Shown: positions 10,901 to 21,349 of the stretch, one piece after another
Position numbering within the stretch: the first letter of the stretch is position 1
Layout of the letters: each line of letters opens with the position of its first letter
DNA from: Trichomonas gallinae
Taxonomy: Eukaryota
NCBI GenBank assembly: GCA_008369845.1
Contig: MRSU01002629.1
Location: 1 to 54,216 of the forward strand
Direction: 5' to 3'
Length of the DNA stretch: 54,216 nucleotides
The notes under the pieces: model-generated
What the model was told of the DNA's origin: nothing
Database searches by the model: none
What the model saw: the letters and a program-made list of their open reading frames with translations, nothing else
Made by a program: the position numbers and the translations under genes

Positions 10901-13191
10901 ATGTTAATAGCCTTGAGCTCATCGTCGACGTTTCCTTGGATAATTGACTTGTACTTAGGATATAACTTGTCTCTGATTAAATCGAAAATAGAGTCAATGT
11001 GGTATTCGATTAAAATGTTGATAATTTCTGAGTAGAATAGATACCAAAGTGTGTTATACCTGCTGCAGCAGACATTCTCCCAGGAGATGTTTCCACGTGG
11101 TGGAGCAGTGATGACTGGCTTCGGTGGAGCATCCATGACCAAAATCGAGAGTTTGCAGGCCTCGCAGATCATCTCGTTGTTGAGTTCGATGAGTGACCAG
11201 ACTTGGTCTTCGCTCTTGGAAGCGATATATTTCAAAAGATTCAAAGCATAATATCTGCAGATTGTAATGTTGGACGATAAGAAGACTAAGCCCAATGCCT
11301 GTATTTCAAGGATGTTCCTATCATTTGGTTCGTAGTTGTAAGTCAAGAAAAGATTATAGAGAACAGTCAAACAGTGAGTTTTGAGGACTGGATTGTCGAA
11401 AAGCTGTGCGTAGTTGATGCAGCCTTGGATGATATATTGTGTTGACTTCTGCTGTGAGAAGATGTGGTTAAGAACTGAAAATGCGAGTTTGCTGATTCTG
11501 ATATTGCTTGATGCTGATAAAAGAAGAATGCATTTAAGTATTTTATCGTCGGAATAGTCGGAATACTTCAATGCATGTGGGATTACTGATAACATAGCAG
11601 TAGCAACGTTGATATCATCAGAAAATGTAAGTTTTGCATCGAAATCTTGCTGTTCGGCTTCGAAATGTGTGTATTTCTTCTTGTTGATGAAGTCAGAAAC
11701 GATTATATCTGACTCATCGAAGTAATTTGTGATCGAGTCGCTGATGCGAAGAACGAACTTCTCTTTACGGATGTATTCCTCGAGTCCACCGATGGAGCTG
11801 AGCACGGCAGCTCTGATCTGGCTGTTCATCTCTGACAATTGGTCCTTTGTTGGTTTGCATGCGGCGTGTTTCTCGAATTCTTTGGATGAAATAAAGGATG
11901 CAGCATGGAGGATTGATGTGAATTTGATATCATCGCATTTGAGTTTCATAAACTGTGGAATAACCGTTGTATTGAATGCTTTGAGATCGCATGCGGCCAA
12001 TTGGACGAGAATTCTTATGAAAACTTCGTAGTTATTGGTGAAGTCGGACTTTACGAAGAATGTTTTCATGAATGTCGTAGCAAAAGGAGTATTATCAATC
12101 AAATTACCGGAAGAAGAGATGTATTTCAGCTCAGGAAGCTCACTAACGTGTGAAACTTTGCTGATGTCGCCTTGGATTAAGCGCAAGAAAGCATTTGCAG
12201 TACGTGGCAATTTAGCTGGATTTCCAATGTGCTTGAAAACGCGTGTTGAGTAGAAAGAAGAAGCCTTCTTCGCTTCATCTGACAACCTGTTGAATAATGT
12301 TGTGATCAAATCAACGGCACCGTCTTTAATTCCATCTTGTGATCTAACTGACCAAGCCAAGTTAAAGAATTCGCGAAGCAAATCGGACTTGCACTTAGCG
12401 ACAGAAAGCAATGATGCGAGAGTAGAAAGAGTGCGAGATGAGAGAGTTTTGCGTTTCTTCTGCTGCTGAACAGTAAGCAATATTGATTCCACGAAAGCAT
12501 CGTTTGCCTTTATCTTTCCAACGAGTTCAAGAACCAAATGAGAGTTTTCGTCATCGATATATTGATCAAACGATGAAATAATTTCAGTAACAGATATTTT
12601 CGAAACCTCCGCGATAGTGTCTGCCCACGTCTGAACAAGCTTCGACTGAATAATGTCCAATCGATGCGTCGCAACACAATTATGAAAACCGCAACCAACA
12701 ACTTTCGTGATCGCAGCTTGATTTGGTGCACGAGTGAATATGTCCCTGATTATATCGGAAAGTATAACGAGTGTTAAGCAGCGCAAAAACTGGAAGTGGT
12801 AGAAATTCGAAGGGCGAAAAGTAGGAGAAAGAATTCTTAAGAGGGTGAAATCCTTCTCAGCTGACCTGTTTGCCTCTGATTTGAATTTGTTGCATAGTAA
12901 AATGAGAATTGTTGTAACTTTTTCTTCCGTTTTTTTCTTCATCTTTGAATCTTCTGGATTTGGATTCGCTGTCGCAAATTCTGTGATGATGTTTAATGTT
13001 CGCTGGTATTCGTCCATCATTTTTGGAAATGTAAGGACCATTTTCTGTAGAATTTCGTCCATTTCATCATCATTGTATGAATTCGTTGAAAACTCATTCT
13101 CTAACTTCGTGAACGTGAAGTCGACGTGTGGAACGAATGAGTCTAAAAGGTTCAATAAAACAGATTCAAAGATAGGAGCTACTTCTCCCAT
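7906..13191 (-). CDS. Furry/Mor2/Tao3-like large ARM/HEAT scaffold protein
   Basis: 1761-aa helical ORF. WSQEAFKWGVCCNDIKAATRSLVVFNAL resembles the MOR2-PAG1 C-terminal motif (W...AL.WA..C..RH.A.RS.QIFRAL). Confidence 0.75.
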   Translation of the reverse strand: MGEVAPIFESVLLNLLDSFVPHVDFTFTKLENEFSTNSYNDDEMDEILQKMVLTFPKMMDEYQRTLNIITEFATANPNPEDSKMKKKTEEKVTTILILLCNKFKSEANRSAEKDFTLLRILSPTFRPSNFYHFQFLRCLTLVILSDIIRDIFTRAPNQAAITKVVGCGFHNCVATHRLDIIQSKLVQTWADTIAEVSKISVTEIISSFDQYIDDENSHLVLELVGKIKANDAFVESILLTVQQQKKRKTLSSRTLSTLASLLSVAKCKSDLLREFFNLAWSVRSQDGIKDGAVDLITTLFNRLSDEAKKASSFYSTRVFKHIGNPAKLPRTANAFLRLIQGDISKVSHVSELPELKYISSSGNLIDNTPFATTFMKTFFVKSDFTNNYEVFIRILVQLAACDLKAFNTTVIPQFMKLKCDDIKFTSILHAASFISSKEFEKHAACKPTKDQLSEMNSQIRAAVLSSIGGLEEYIRKEKFVLRISDSITNYFDESDIIVSDFINKKKYTHFEAEQQDFDAKLTFSDDINVATAMLSVIPHALKYSDYSDDKILKCILLLSASSNIRISKLAFSVLNHIFSQQKSTQYIIQGCINYAQLFDNPVLKTHCLTVLYNLFLTYNYEPNDRNILEIQALGLVFLSSNITICRYYALNLLKYIASKSEDQVWSLIELNNEMICEACKLSILVMDAPPKPVITAPPRGNISWENVCCSRYNTLWYLFYSEIINILIEYHIDSIFDLIRDKLYPKYKSIIQGNVDDELKAINILVMFFNTFARDPDLEPVQFRDKTVDHFFNESLKAPKDSAKIVIKAMKHFNWRVLIGNLLYIRNFPPELITLTASTMAFIIQMPNNFSHILTACFRPFIEFLSMLQTHFASNGVNGPRQIIWDDAHIKLLKKHEDTAVNYCIIIAAVFNNILDQIPEEEWPVATRQIIVQFLYHWCQLEDKENKVRCYSVNALIPIMKAGQIFTDGFEFELPMLEIMAECQIAGYDVLSSVLLYHFDLMFDIFVRQIFIRPRRESSLFFEAVLSSFDVCAEAQLMQAHVGSLLLLTQFWGRDNPEPAKPILVTIADLFIDQATNSDVQNIIQNAKNLDFVPVMFNFAAEQVIEAGFEIMKSTKLVTTVKNIVAILVMWFSQIRVLPTNKHIIQGIPSKFRRFNVISFLRAMSDVSKYINEEQHEVFSQLWYELLKIADNSIVVLLCIFEFEDMAIKERIFSQQLERNPQLITKYLAKRCSFSFWYFLQTEQNQNINSIMWILPVLTRAFTDYVGTEDLVELHYTTVIHFTLLFIEKSYNFFEDLISVFEPEFADSVLQLTPDLEGGAINVGEVASKIAEGLHEIAPAANQQWSQEAFKWGVCCNDIKAATRSLVVFNALRGEFLPTYAPILIDAAAYHVSHCKPEDSKDLANFIGECFGILYNNIDNPEITPIAFNFASECLHFKEIGDQFLKRAMPIFKYCAFDTAMAASAKELLIEAFTPFAPVLECEAEAQELLKDIADLNSAPEALLIAAPFIKHSLPFVDFGYTYESIMATPFDSLHCTVVLKFFIEMLRNAGQPLVDAILDVSTELARRFGDCIPAAILHQVYVVALTKVSQFRSAINYIMLITALDPSIATATQSVESENGHTFAELAKKISALVSDNRDQCAITSCSQIPQLRGIISQENPPKITPFSTQHEMFVGLKRAEDTTGSSRTRIKRMSSSCSIARGLLFANSKTTVLNMMQATPTIQVKELPTPIVKQELFQRQEATASDFLLSIEAFAQLGG

Positions 13192-13458
13192 TTTTAAATT
13201 GTTATTGTAAACTTTTTTGTAAATTCACAAAGATTTACATCAAAAGGAATCGAAAATAATGTGAAATTTGATATGCACTCGTGTTTATCTAAATGAATCT
13301 TCAAGAAAACCGCGATTTTGGTTGTCTCTTTATTTACTTTGGTGTCAAAAATCAGTGTCAGATTATATCAAAATATGAAATCTTTGTTTTTTAACAATTT
13401 TGATTTGATTATTTTTGTTTGTTCTATGTACAAAAATTTTGAAATAAAATTATTTGTA

Positions 13459-13862
13459 GTTGTCGTCAAAAAAGTTAAATTGAGAATTTTACATGGCAAA
13501 ATATTTTGAAAATTTAAAATTAAAAACTAATAATAGATTTGGCTTTAAGTATTTAAGAGCAATTTAAAAGTGACAATAAAATAATTTACTTGTTGTCGTC
13601 AAAAAAGTTAAATTGAGAATTTTACATGGCAAATTAATTATGACGAAATAAATTAAAACTAGTATTAGTTAGAAAAATATCAAAATGATTTCGAAAAGCG
13701 ATGATTGAAATTTGGAAAATTGACAATTGCTGTCAAAAAGGCAAAATTGAAATTTTTACTTGGCAATATAATATTGATGATTTAAAATTACGAAATGAAG
13801 TTGATTTTTGTTGAGAAAAATTAAACGTAAAATTAAAATTGACAAAATAATTTTACTTGCCA
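13459..13862. repeat. Decayed ~133-bp tandem triplication containing an exact 42-bp direct repeat
   Basis: 13459..13500 is identical to 13592..13633. TTTAC(A/T)TGGCA occurs at 13488, 13621 and 13755. Confidence 0.75.
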
Positions 13863-14142
13863 GATTTGAAAGATTGATAGTTGTTTTCGTCAGAATTATT
13901 GATTGTTTTACGTGTCAAATATAAAAATGATATTGGTTCAGGTTCTGTTATGCATTAGTGTGTGTCCATAGAAATTATCCGCTATTTAAGCCAAAAAAAT
14001 CGCTAAAAATCGAAAGATATGAAATTCTCCAACAATGAGAAAGAGATGAAATTTCGTTATGAAATCATTAGTCTGCCGGTGTATGTTTTGATTTTAATCT
14101 TAAAAGCAACAACTAAATAATTACGATAAGAAAAAAAAATAA

Positions 14143-14739
14143 ATGAGTGAAGGACTCGACTTCGTGCCTCACCATAAGATCGTTTTACTCGGAAATTCGG
14201 GATGTGGAAAAACATCCATTATTTACAGATATGTTTCGGATTCTTTCACTCTAGAAACAAAGTCAACGGTAGGCGGAAATCATCAAAAAAAGAGAGTGCA
14301 GCTTGAATCTGGTCCTGTGGATCTCTTCATATGGGATACAGCCGGCCAAGAAAGATTTCAGGCTTTAATGCCATTATATGCTCGTTCTTCTGATTTAGCA
14401 ATTATAACAGCTTCAATTACCGATAAATCTTCATTCGATGCATTAAACCAATGGGCAGATTTAGTTAGGGGTGCCTGTACGCCATGTCCTCCATTGGTTT
14501 TAGCTGTAAATAAAATGGATGACTACGAACGCGCAACAATGACAACAGATGAAATCAACGAACAATTTAGAGATAAATTCAAAGCTATATTCTTCGTCTC
14601 CGCTCTTTCTGGTGAAAATATAGATCAGCTTTTTGATTATGTTGCTTGTGAAGCAAATACATTCTCGAAGCAAAATACTCCTGCTACACCTGAAGTTACT
14701 GTTCAACCTACGAAAAATAAGGATCGCGGCTGCTGTTAG
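14143..14739 (+). CDS. Rab-family small GTPase (divergent)
   Basis: GNSGCGKT, WDTAGQERF, NKMD and VSA motifs, with a C-terminal CC prenylation site. Confidence 0.95.
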   Translation: MSEGLDFVPHHKIVLLGNSGCGKTSIIYRYVSDSFTLETKSTVGGNHQKKRVQLESGPVDLFIWDTAGQERFQALMPLYARSSDLAIITASITDKSSFDALNQWADLVRGACTPCPPLVLAVNKMDDYERATMTTDEINEQFRDKFKAIFFVSALSGENIDQLFDYVACEANTFSKQNTPATPEVTVQPTKNKDRGCC

Positions 14740-15074
14740 TTATCTTTTTTTTTAGCCGATAGGTATTTAAGAAAGATCTGTTTCGAAATAAAATTCATTC
14801 TAGTTTACATTATTATATTTTATTAGAAAATTCTCGGATATTATATTTCCAAAAAATAATCTCAAGATAAGCCAATATATCATCTCGAATCTAATTCATT
14901 AGACGAAAAATAGTATTTTAATTAACTCAAAAATAATGGTTTAATATGATATATAATTTGATTTAAAAAAAATATGAAAAGAATTATAGTGAAATGATTG
15001 ATATATATTATATTTCCTCATGTTAATTAAAGTATCAACAATTTGCTCATTATTTATTATAGTTTTTCCAGTTT

Positions 15075-15509
15075 ATGACAATCAATTTTCGCAGAATTGA
15101 AGTTGGCGATTATGATAAGGGATTTATCGGTTTACTGGAACAATTAGCAAAGGTTGGCAACGTATCGAAAGATGCTTTCGCTAAAACTGTAAATGAAAGA
15201 AATCAAAATCCATTGCATCGCACATATGTTGGTGAGAAAGATGGTAAAATAGTTTGTTCAGCATCTCTTCTCATAGAACCAAAGTTTTTCCGCGAATGTA
15301 AATATACTGGACATATTGAAGATGTTGTCGTTGATAAATCAATGCGTAAAACAGGTGTAGGCAAGATGATGATTACAAAGCTCATTGAAGAAGCAAGAAA
15401 TAACAATTGTTATAATGTTATTTTAGATTGCAGAGATCATAATGTCGGATTTTATGAAAAATGCGGTCTACACAAGCATGCCAATGAAATGGTAGTTTAT
15501 TTGGAATAA
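15075..15509 (+). CDS. GNA1: Glucosamine-6-phosphate N-acetyltransferase (GNAT)
   Basis: DYDKGFIGLLEQL, LLIEPKF, GHIEDVVVD..RKTGVGK, CYNVILDC..HNVGFYEKCG. Confidence 0.93.
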   Translation: MTINFRRIEVGDYDKGFIGLLEQLAKVGNVSKDAFAKTVNERNQNPLHRTYVGEKDGKIVCSASLLIEPKFFRECKYTGHIEDVVVDKSMRKTGVGKMMITKLIEEARNNNCYNVILDCRDHNVGFYEKCGLHKHANEMVVYLE

Positions 15510-15638
15510 ATTACCAAAAAAATATAAAATTATAAAAATATATTATTTAATCAAACAAATAAAATAATCATAACTATGGAGTCAAATATATATAGTATTG
15601 AGAGATTTGGATGTGATTGCAAATTAATAACTAAAAAG

Positions 15639-16775
15639 TTATTTCCAGTTCTCAAGATCTTTGTTATATCTCTTATTCTTCGATTTAATAATGAAATCAC
15701 CGTGTAAAGTTGAAAAAGCAAGGTTAGAATCTGCATATCTGTCTGGAGTAAGCTTTTTCTTATGCGGAACAGACTGAATTGTTGGTGTTATTCTGGTATC
15801 TATGTGATTTAATGTATATGTTGCTGGTCCTGGGCTGATTGAGTCGCTTATCCAGCTACTATTATATTCTTCGCGTTTAGATTGGATCGAAACTGGTCTA
15901 GTTTCATTCAACGGAGGATCTACAAGATTATATTTGCAAATTCCAGGCGATCTTTCCTTTTCTGGTTTCCTTCGTTTAATATTTTCGCCAAGAACTGATC
16001 TGTAAGGAATTCTGAACATTGACGGAGCGTGCGGCTGTGGAACAGGCTCAACAGCATATTGGCCTGGTGATGGAGTGACTTCTGCATGATTTTCAGGTGG
16101 AATATATTCGTGGAGTGGATTTAAGCTGAATTTCGGTCCATCACCGAATGCCTCAGGAAGAGGATAAGTTCCTGGAGCTGGAGTAAAAGACGTTGACTCT
16201 GTAAATCTTTCTGTTCGATTTTTTAAAACAGGAGTTTGATCGTTGATATGCAATTTCTTTGGTGCCTTGCTTGTGTCGTATTTACCTGGATCAGGTGTAA
16301 TATGTGTTTGCTCGAAGATTTCTCTTTTTGTTTTCGATGCGAAAGATGCTGATTGAGGACGATGGAATTTTGTTTGTGGAAAACGATTTTTTGGGAGTGG
16401 TGCTGCTTTTGGTAGCCAAGATTCATGCGCTAATTCGCCTGATTTTGGAGCTTCGATTGTGGGCTCGTGTCTTTCTGCAATTTTGTGGCCAACATTAACA
16501 CCTGTTTCGAAAACAAAGTGATCTGCTGGTCCAACAACGTAATCTGTTAAAATTAAAGATGATCTCTTAGAATTTCTTGATATTGTTCGCCTCTTTATAC
16601 GTTTTTCGTATTTGTAAGGATCATATGTACCAGGTCCAATCATATTTTCGTCTTTTTCTGGAGGTAACAGTCGAATCAAATTTCCATTTTTGTCCTGTAT
16701 GAATCCCATGCACTTCTGACCGACGTGGCCAGTAGTCAGCCTGGTGTCATTGAGATTCACCGTTCCTTCCCTCAT
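15639..16775 (-). CDS. SHIPPO-1/ODF3-like PGPGxY-repeat protein (likely axonemal)
   Basis: Repeats IGPGTY, PDPGKY, PAPGTY, PSPGQY and PGPATY. Start chosen at the ATG at 16775 after a TCATA Inr-like site; 16814 is an alternative. Confidence 0.85.
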   Translation of the reverse strand: MREGTVNLNDTRLTTGHVGQKCMGFIQDKNGNLIRLLPPEKDENMIGPGTYDPYKYEKRIKRRTISRNSKRSSLILTDYVVGPADHFVFETGVNVGHKIAERHEPTIEAPKSGELAHESWLPKAAPLPKNRFPQTKFHRPQSASFASKTKREIFEQTHITPDPGKYDTSKAPKKLHINDQTPVLKNRTERFTESTSFTPAPGTYPLPEAFGDGPKFSLNPLHEYIPPENHAEVTPSPGQYAVEPVPQPHAPSMFRIPYRSVLGENIKRRKPEKERSPGICKYNLVDPPLNETRPVSIQSKREEYNSSWISDSISPGPATYTLNHIDTRITPTIQSVPHKKKLTPDRYADSNLAFSTLHGDFIIKSKNKRYNKDLENWK

Positions 16776-17413
16776 GATTTTCTTTAAAGTATGAGCGAAA
16801 CGAACTCGTTTCATGAAAAACGAATTAAAATTTTTGACAATTATTACAATTTGACGAATAAACATTTTGTAAACAAAATATGTCAATAAATATTTTGACA
16901 GCTAAATAGAAGCACTCAATGAAGATGACCTTAATATTTAGAAAACGCACCTATTTTATGATATATTTACGATAACCTGAATATTACTATGATAAAAAAA
17001 AGCAAAAAGATGATTCTGTTGACAGCAAAGAAAGTCTTCGAAGAGTTGCATTTTTAGAATTGTTTTTACAGTCGAAATGAAAAAAATGATAATTGTTTTA
17101 CATATTTATTATTTTCGCCGTTCACTGAAGGCTAATAATTGCTTCAGTTGATTAGTGCGCATGATCAATTAATATCTGTTCCATGAAATAAAATATATTG
17201 GCAACATCATGATGACAATTTAATGAAGCATGAATTAAAGCTTTATTGTTGAAATTGTCTTTTGTTTTATCCATTCTTCCAGAATCTGTGAGAAGAAATC
17301 TTAATGGATCATAAAAACACTTGAAGTTGAAGCATTATTTTGATGAAGCTGATTCAGCGATTTTGTCGTTGTCATAAAATTGATGGTGATTTTTAGCCAA
17401 AATAAATCATAAA

Positions 17414-19402
17414 TTAGCTCTTTGTTGAATTTAATTGAACATAATCACCAGAAACTATATGGTTATATAACGTATCATAAAGTTCCATAAATTTTTCATC
17501 GTCATTCTCTGAAATATATCCAAGATTTGCATAATCGCAGTATTTTTCCATTGCCTGGTCAGAATAAAGAACTGCTTGGACTATATCAAAATCAATATAT
17601 AGCAGTGGATAGTTCACCTTGCTTACTAAAGGCCCAGGAAGCAATTTCATGAACTTTGAGTAAAAAACTACATAATTCAATCTAGATAAGGATATATACT
17701 GATAACTCTCAATTGTCTCAAACATTTCCTTGGACAACAAAACGGCAAATGCAATTGTACGACTGGTTTTGTATGATTTAATATCATCTCTCGTTAATAA
17801 CAATTTTGATGATTTAATTTCATTGTCATTTTCGAATAGCCACGGCTGATTCAAGAATTGCTTCAAGTTATGAGCTGTTGGTTCAACATTTACGATTTTT
17901 CCTGCGCTAAATTGATATAAAACGTATTTGTTGTAAATTCGACGAGCAAAAAGCTCGAAAATCACTTCTGACATTGTAGTTGAGCAGTCAAGTAGGAATA
18001 GAAACTCACCACGTGCAAGCTTTGAGCCAATTTGATAAAGTACCATTTGCGTCATAGTAATTTGTTCGTCTTTTGTTACGTTCATGATTTTTTGGCAATC
18101 TTCATCTTTTAGTATTATTACCTTTGTGTGCTTTTGAAGATTCTCTGGGATCGTGAGATTTAAGTTAATTCTTGTAGAATTATAGTTGAAATACAGAATT
18201 TCGAATGAAAAACTTGGATAAAGGTTGTGAAGATATGAAATAAGATTAAGTGATTCTTGGAAATGTTGTGTTGTGTTTGTATGTGGAGCAAATATAAATG
18301 AAACATAAATGTTTTGTGATTTTTCATCAAACTTGATATTGTCGTAGTATGAATGCAATAACTCGATAACTGAGTTATTTTCTATTTGTATTTCTGGTAT
18401 AAAGTTCACTTTCTCATATTTGTTGGAGTGATATTTCGATTTACTGTTATTTTGGGGCATTTTGAGTTCTTTAATGGCTTCATCGAAAGTTATTTCACTA
18501 TTTGGTTTCAAAACAACCGAACCTGGCTTGAAATTAAAATAATCTTCGATTGCATATTTTGCAACATCATCTGATGTGATTGATGTGATTTTACCATCAA
18601 AATTACCATATGTAAGTGTTTTGTTGAATATTTTCGATGCAAGCAAAACATTTTTCGTATCATAAAACGAAATATTGTCCATAACTGAAGGATAATAAAT
18701 CATACTAGCATTACATTCAATATCATAGTCATATATGTGCATTTTGGGTGAAATAAAGAGCAATTTCAAATTATTTTTCTTGATATATTTTATTATTGGA
18801 TTTAATCTTGATTTATCAGCATTTTCACCATATTCAAACAAACTTGTTGTCATTAACGATATTGGATCATAACAAACAATTACTCCATCGATATTTATTT
18901 GATTAAAAACTGTTTCTGTTAGATTTTTATCAAAATGTAGTTCATGAATGCTTTTTAATTCTGCAAAATCTATGTTTCGTTCAATGAATTGTCTTTTTAT
19001 TGCATTTCCAACAGATGTATGTGAGCCAATTAATAAAATTCGTTTAAGATGTCTTTGATAATCAGGATCTACATTAAATATCCTAGATAGCTCAAAATTG
19101 AAGATTTCTCGGTTAAAAGTCTTTTGAATGTTTGAAAATGAATCAAAATATCTGTAGCTTTTGTCTTTCGATGTAATTCTTGAGTGGTTGTATAATATAC
19201 AGTATTTATTTGTTGTTTTGTTAATTATTTTTGATTGATTTCGTTTTTCTATGTTGAAAATTATTTTTTTATCGAATTTATCAACGATTTGTCTATTTTT
19301 AAGTGCAGAGAGTTGAAATTGGTACGAAATTATTGATAGCAATAATAGTAAAATAAAACAAATTTGAGTTATTCGACTTTCACAATATCGAAAAAAACTC
19401 AT
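17414..19402 (-). CDS. Type II membrane protein with degenerate Rossmann (epimerase-like) and GT-A-like regions
   Basis: N-terminal signal anchor, ILLIGSHTSVGNAI, then IGSKLARGEFLFLLD. Inr-like TCATT precedes the ATG at 19402. Confidence 0.7.
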   Translation of the reverse strand: MSFFRYCESRITQICFILLLLLSIISYQFQLSALKNRQIVDKFDKKIIFNIEKRNQSKIINKTTNKYCILYNHSRITSKDKSYRYFDSFSNIQKTFNREIFNFELSRIFNVDPDYQRHLKRILLIGSHTSVGNAIKRQFIERNIDFAELKSIHELHFDKNLTETVFNQINIDGVIVCYDPISLMTTSLFEYGENADKSRLNPIIKYIKKNNLKLLFISPKMHIYDYDIECNASMIYYPSVMDNISFYDTKNVLLASKIFNKTLTYGNFDGKITSITSDDVAKYAIEDYFNFKPGSVVLKPNSEITFDEAIKELKMPQNNSKSKYHSNKYEKVNFIPEIQIENNSVIELLHSYYDNIKFDEKSQNIYVSFIFAPHTNTTQHFQESLNLISYLHNLYPSFSFEILYFNYNSTRINLNLTIPENLQKHTKVIILKDEDCQKIMNVTKDEQITMTQMVLYQIGSKLARGEFLFLLDCSTTMSEVIFELFARRIYNKYVLYQFSAGKIVNVEPTAHNLKQFLNQPWLFENDNEIKSSKLLLTRDDIKSYKTSRTIAFAVLLSKEMFETIESYQYISLSRLNYVVFYSKFMKLLPGPLVSKVNYPLLYIDFDIVQAVLYSDQAMEKYCDYANLGYISENDDEKFMELYDTLYNHIVSGDYVQLNSTKS

Positions 19403-19892
19403 AATAAAAAAATGAACCAATCTCAATATAAAATCTGTTTTGAATAGCACAAGTAGACTATATATAGTAGAATTTTAAGTCAATATTAAAAACAAACAAA
19501 AATATTTATTCAAATAAACGCAATTGCCTAGAATTGAAGAATTAACATTAAAATAAGCTTCTTAACAATTGTGCTGATGAGCGTATTTCACATAGGAAAA
19601 TATAAAAATATCGAAATATTAAATATAGCATGATAAATCCATGTCAATGAGGATGATAAGTCACTAATGAGAAAATAATCATTGAATTGTCCGATTTGTA
19701 ATAATCATCAGTAATAAGATAAAATATTCCTTGATAGAGAGTGCTTCATATAAATTGACACTAAATATGACAAATCAGCTGTCAATTTATAATGATCATC
19801 AAATAAAATTTTTCAAATTTGAAATGAAGTAAATTGGCCTTTGTATCATCAGTAAAACAAACAAAATTCTGTTGTTTTGATTGAGTTTAGCT

Positions 19893-21317
19893 TTAGATGT
19901 CAGGAAAAATGTTGGAAATTTTTCCCAAAATTGAAATGTAGCGAATTCGAAGGACACTGTATAATTCTGATAATTCTTTCGGGATTTCAATCTTGATTGA
20001 ATTGAAAGCATTTGGGATGTTTGTTATTTCAACAATTCTATTTTCATTATATTCAGAATCAAATGAATTCGTTAATTCATCATTTAAAAATGTTTGAACT
20101 CTAAGATATTTAGGAACTGTGCAGTAACTATTCTTTTGGCTTTTGTTTCTATTGTAAGTTTTTCGAATTATATCTGAATAAATTAAAATTTTTTGTGCTG
20201 AAATGTTCGATTTTGGTCCAAATGCGAATGAAATTGATGGTGGGAGCTGATCATCGCTTGATATAACAGCATATGATTCATCATCTTTAAATAAGTTATT
20301 TATTGAGTTAAATAACTCAAATGTAGTTCCATGGATATCGCATGTCACGAATGAGTATTTAATTGGATTAATATTCGAATCAGCAATTGATGAAATTAAT
20401 TCAAATAAAGAAAACTGCTTTGAGTCATCAAATTCCCTGGAATTATGACACTCATGGTACCAATAATGAGAAAACAGTCTTGATGTCGATGATTCTATAC
20501 TTTTTGCTTGTTTTTCGAACAAATTAACAATATTTCTTCGATTTGTAAGCAGTATTGTAAAATATTGGCGCTGTATTGACAGCGGAAGCCAATCTCTTGA
20601 AAAATCAACAAACATTTTCATTGTATTTTTGTCATTCCAGTCAAATAATGAAGCAAGCTCTGTGGATTCTTCATTTGTAAGGTTTTTCTCTTTGCAGTAT
20701 CTATCAACAATCGAATATTTTTGATATTGGCTGATATTTATTTTTTTGTTTTTAAGTACGCGAGCAAAAACAACTCCATTGGATACAAGATTCATTATAT
20801 CGTCTAACTTCATATATGAACTTTCGTCATTCTCTTTAAAGTTTTCTGCGACTAATGAAGCTAACATATCTATCAAAATATCAGCTTCATTTATTAATTT
20901 GAACTCGATGAATTTTGTTGTCAATAGTGTTATAGTAGTATTTGTGATATTATCGATAATAAAATTCTTGATTACATCAATAAACTGCGTAAATCCGTAG
21001 TAAGTACAGATTTTGTAAATAGATGAAACATTTTCTACTGTTAAAATTGTCTTTCTTAAATAGATTAAATCGAGAACATTTTTCATGGCGTTTTCGGGAT
21101 CAACAGGAAGATCAATGTGCCACATTTTGTCCTTATATTCTGACATATGATTATTTTGTAATGAATTTCTAAACCATTCAGATAATGAAACTAAAATAAT
21201 TCGATGTGAATAGTAAACATTGTCATTGGAGTGAAGAGCGACATCAAAAAACATCTTGTTATTGTAAAACTCCTCGAATCTTGCGAATTTATTTTCAAGA
21301 TCAAAAAAAGTTTTCAT
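19893..21317 (-). CDS. BTB/POZ domain protein
   Basis: FFDVAL..YYSHRIILVSLSEWF..SL..MSE, VLDLIY, LTVENV..IY..CTYYG. Confidence 0.9.
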   Translation of the reverse strand: MKTFFDLENKFARFEEFYNNKMFFDVALHSNDNVYYSHRIILVSLSEWFRNSLQNNHMSEYKDKMWHIDLPVDPENAMKNVLDLIYLRKTILTVENVSSIYKICTYYGFTQFIDVIKNFIIDNITNTTITLLTTKFIEFKLINEADILIDMLASLVAENFKENDESSYMKLDDIMNLVSNGVVFARVLKNKKINISQYQKYSIVDRYCKEKNLTNEESTELASLFDWNDKNTMKMFVDFSRDWLPLSIQRQYFTILLTNRRNIVNLFEKQAKSIESSTSRLFSHYWYHECHNSREFDDSKQFSLFELISSIADSNINPIKYSFVTCDIHGTTFELFNSINNLFKDDESYAVISSDDQLPPSISFAFGPKSNISAQKILIYSDIIRKTYNRNKSQKNSYCTVPKYLRVQTFLNDELTNSFDSEYNENRIVEITNIPNAFNSIKIEIPKELSELYSVLRIRYISILGKISNIFPDI

Positions 21318-21349
21318 GAAATAAAAAATATGGATAAAAAAGTGAATTT

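Noticed and set aside
7877..13210. Numerous antisense and alternate-frame ORFs inside the Furry-like gene (likewise inside CAND1, CDC5L, PRP43, SLC12 and the coiled-coil gene)
   Set aside because: Shadow ORFs expected from the codon bias of the real gene; no recognisable motifs.
17124..17148. Small hairpin ACTGAAG...CTTCAGT
   Set aside because: A 7-bp stem is expected by chance in 54 kb, and there is no supporting context.
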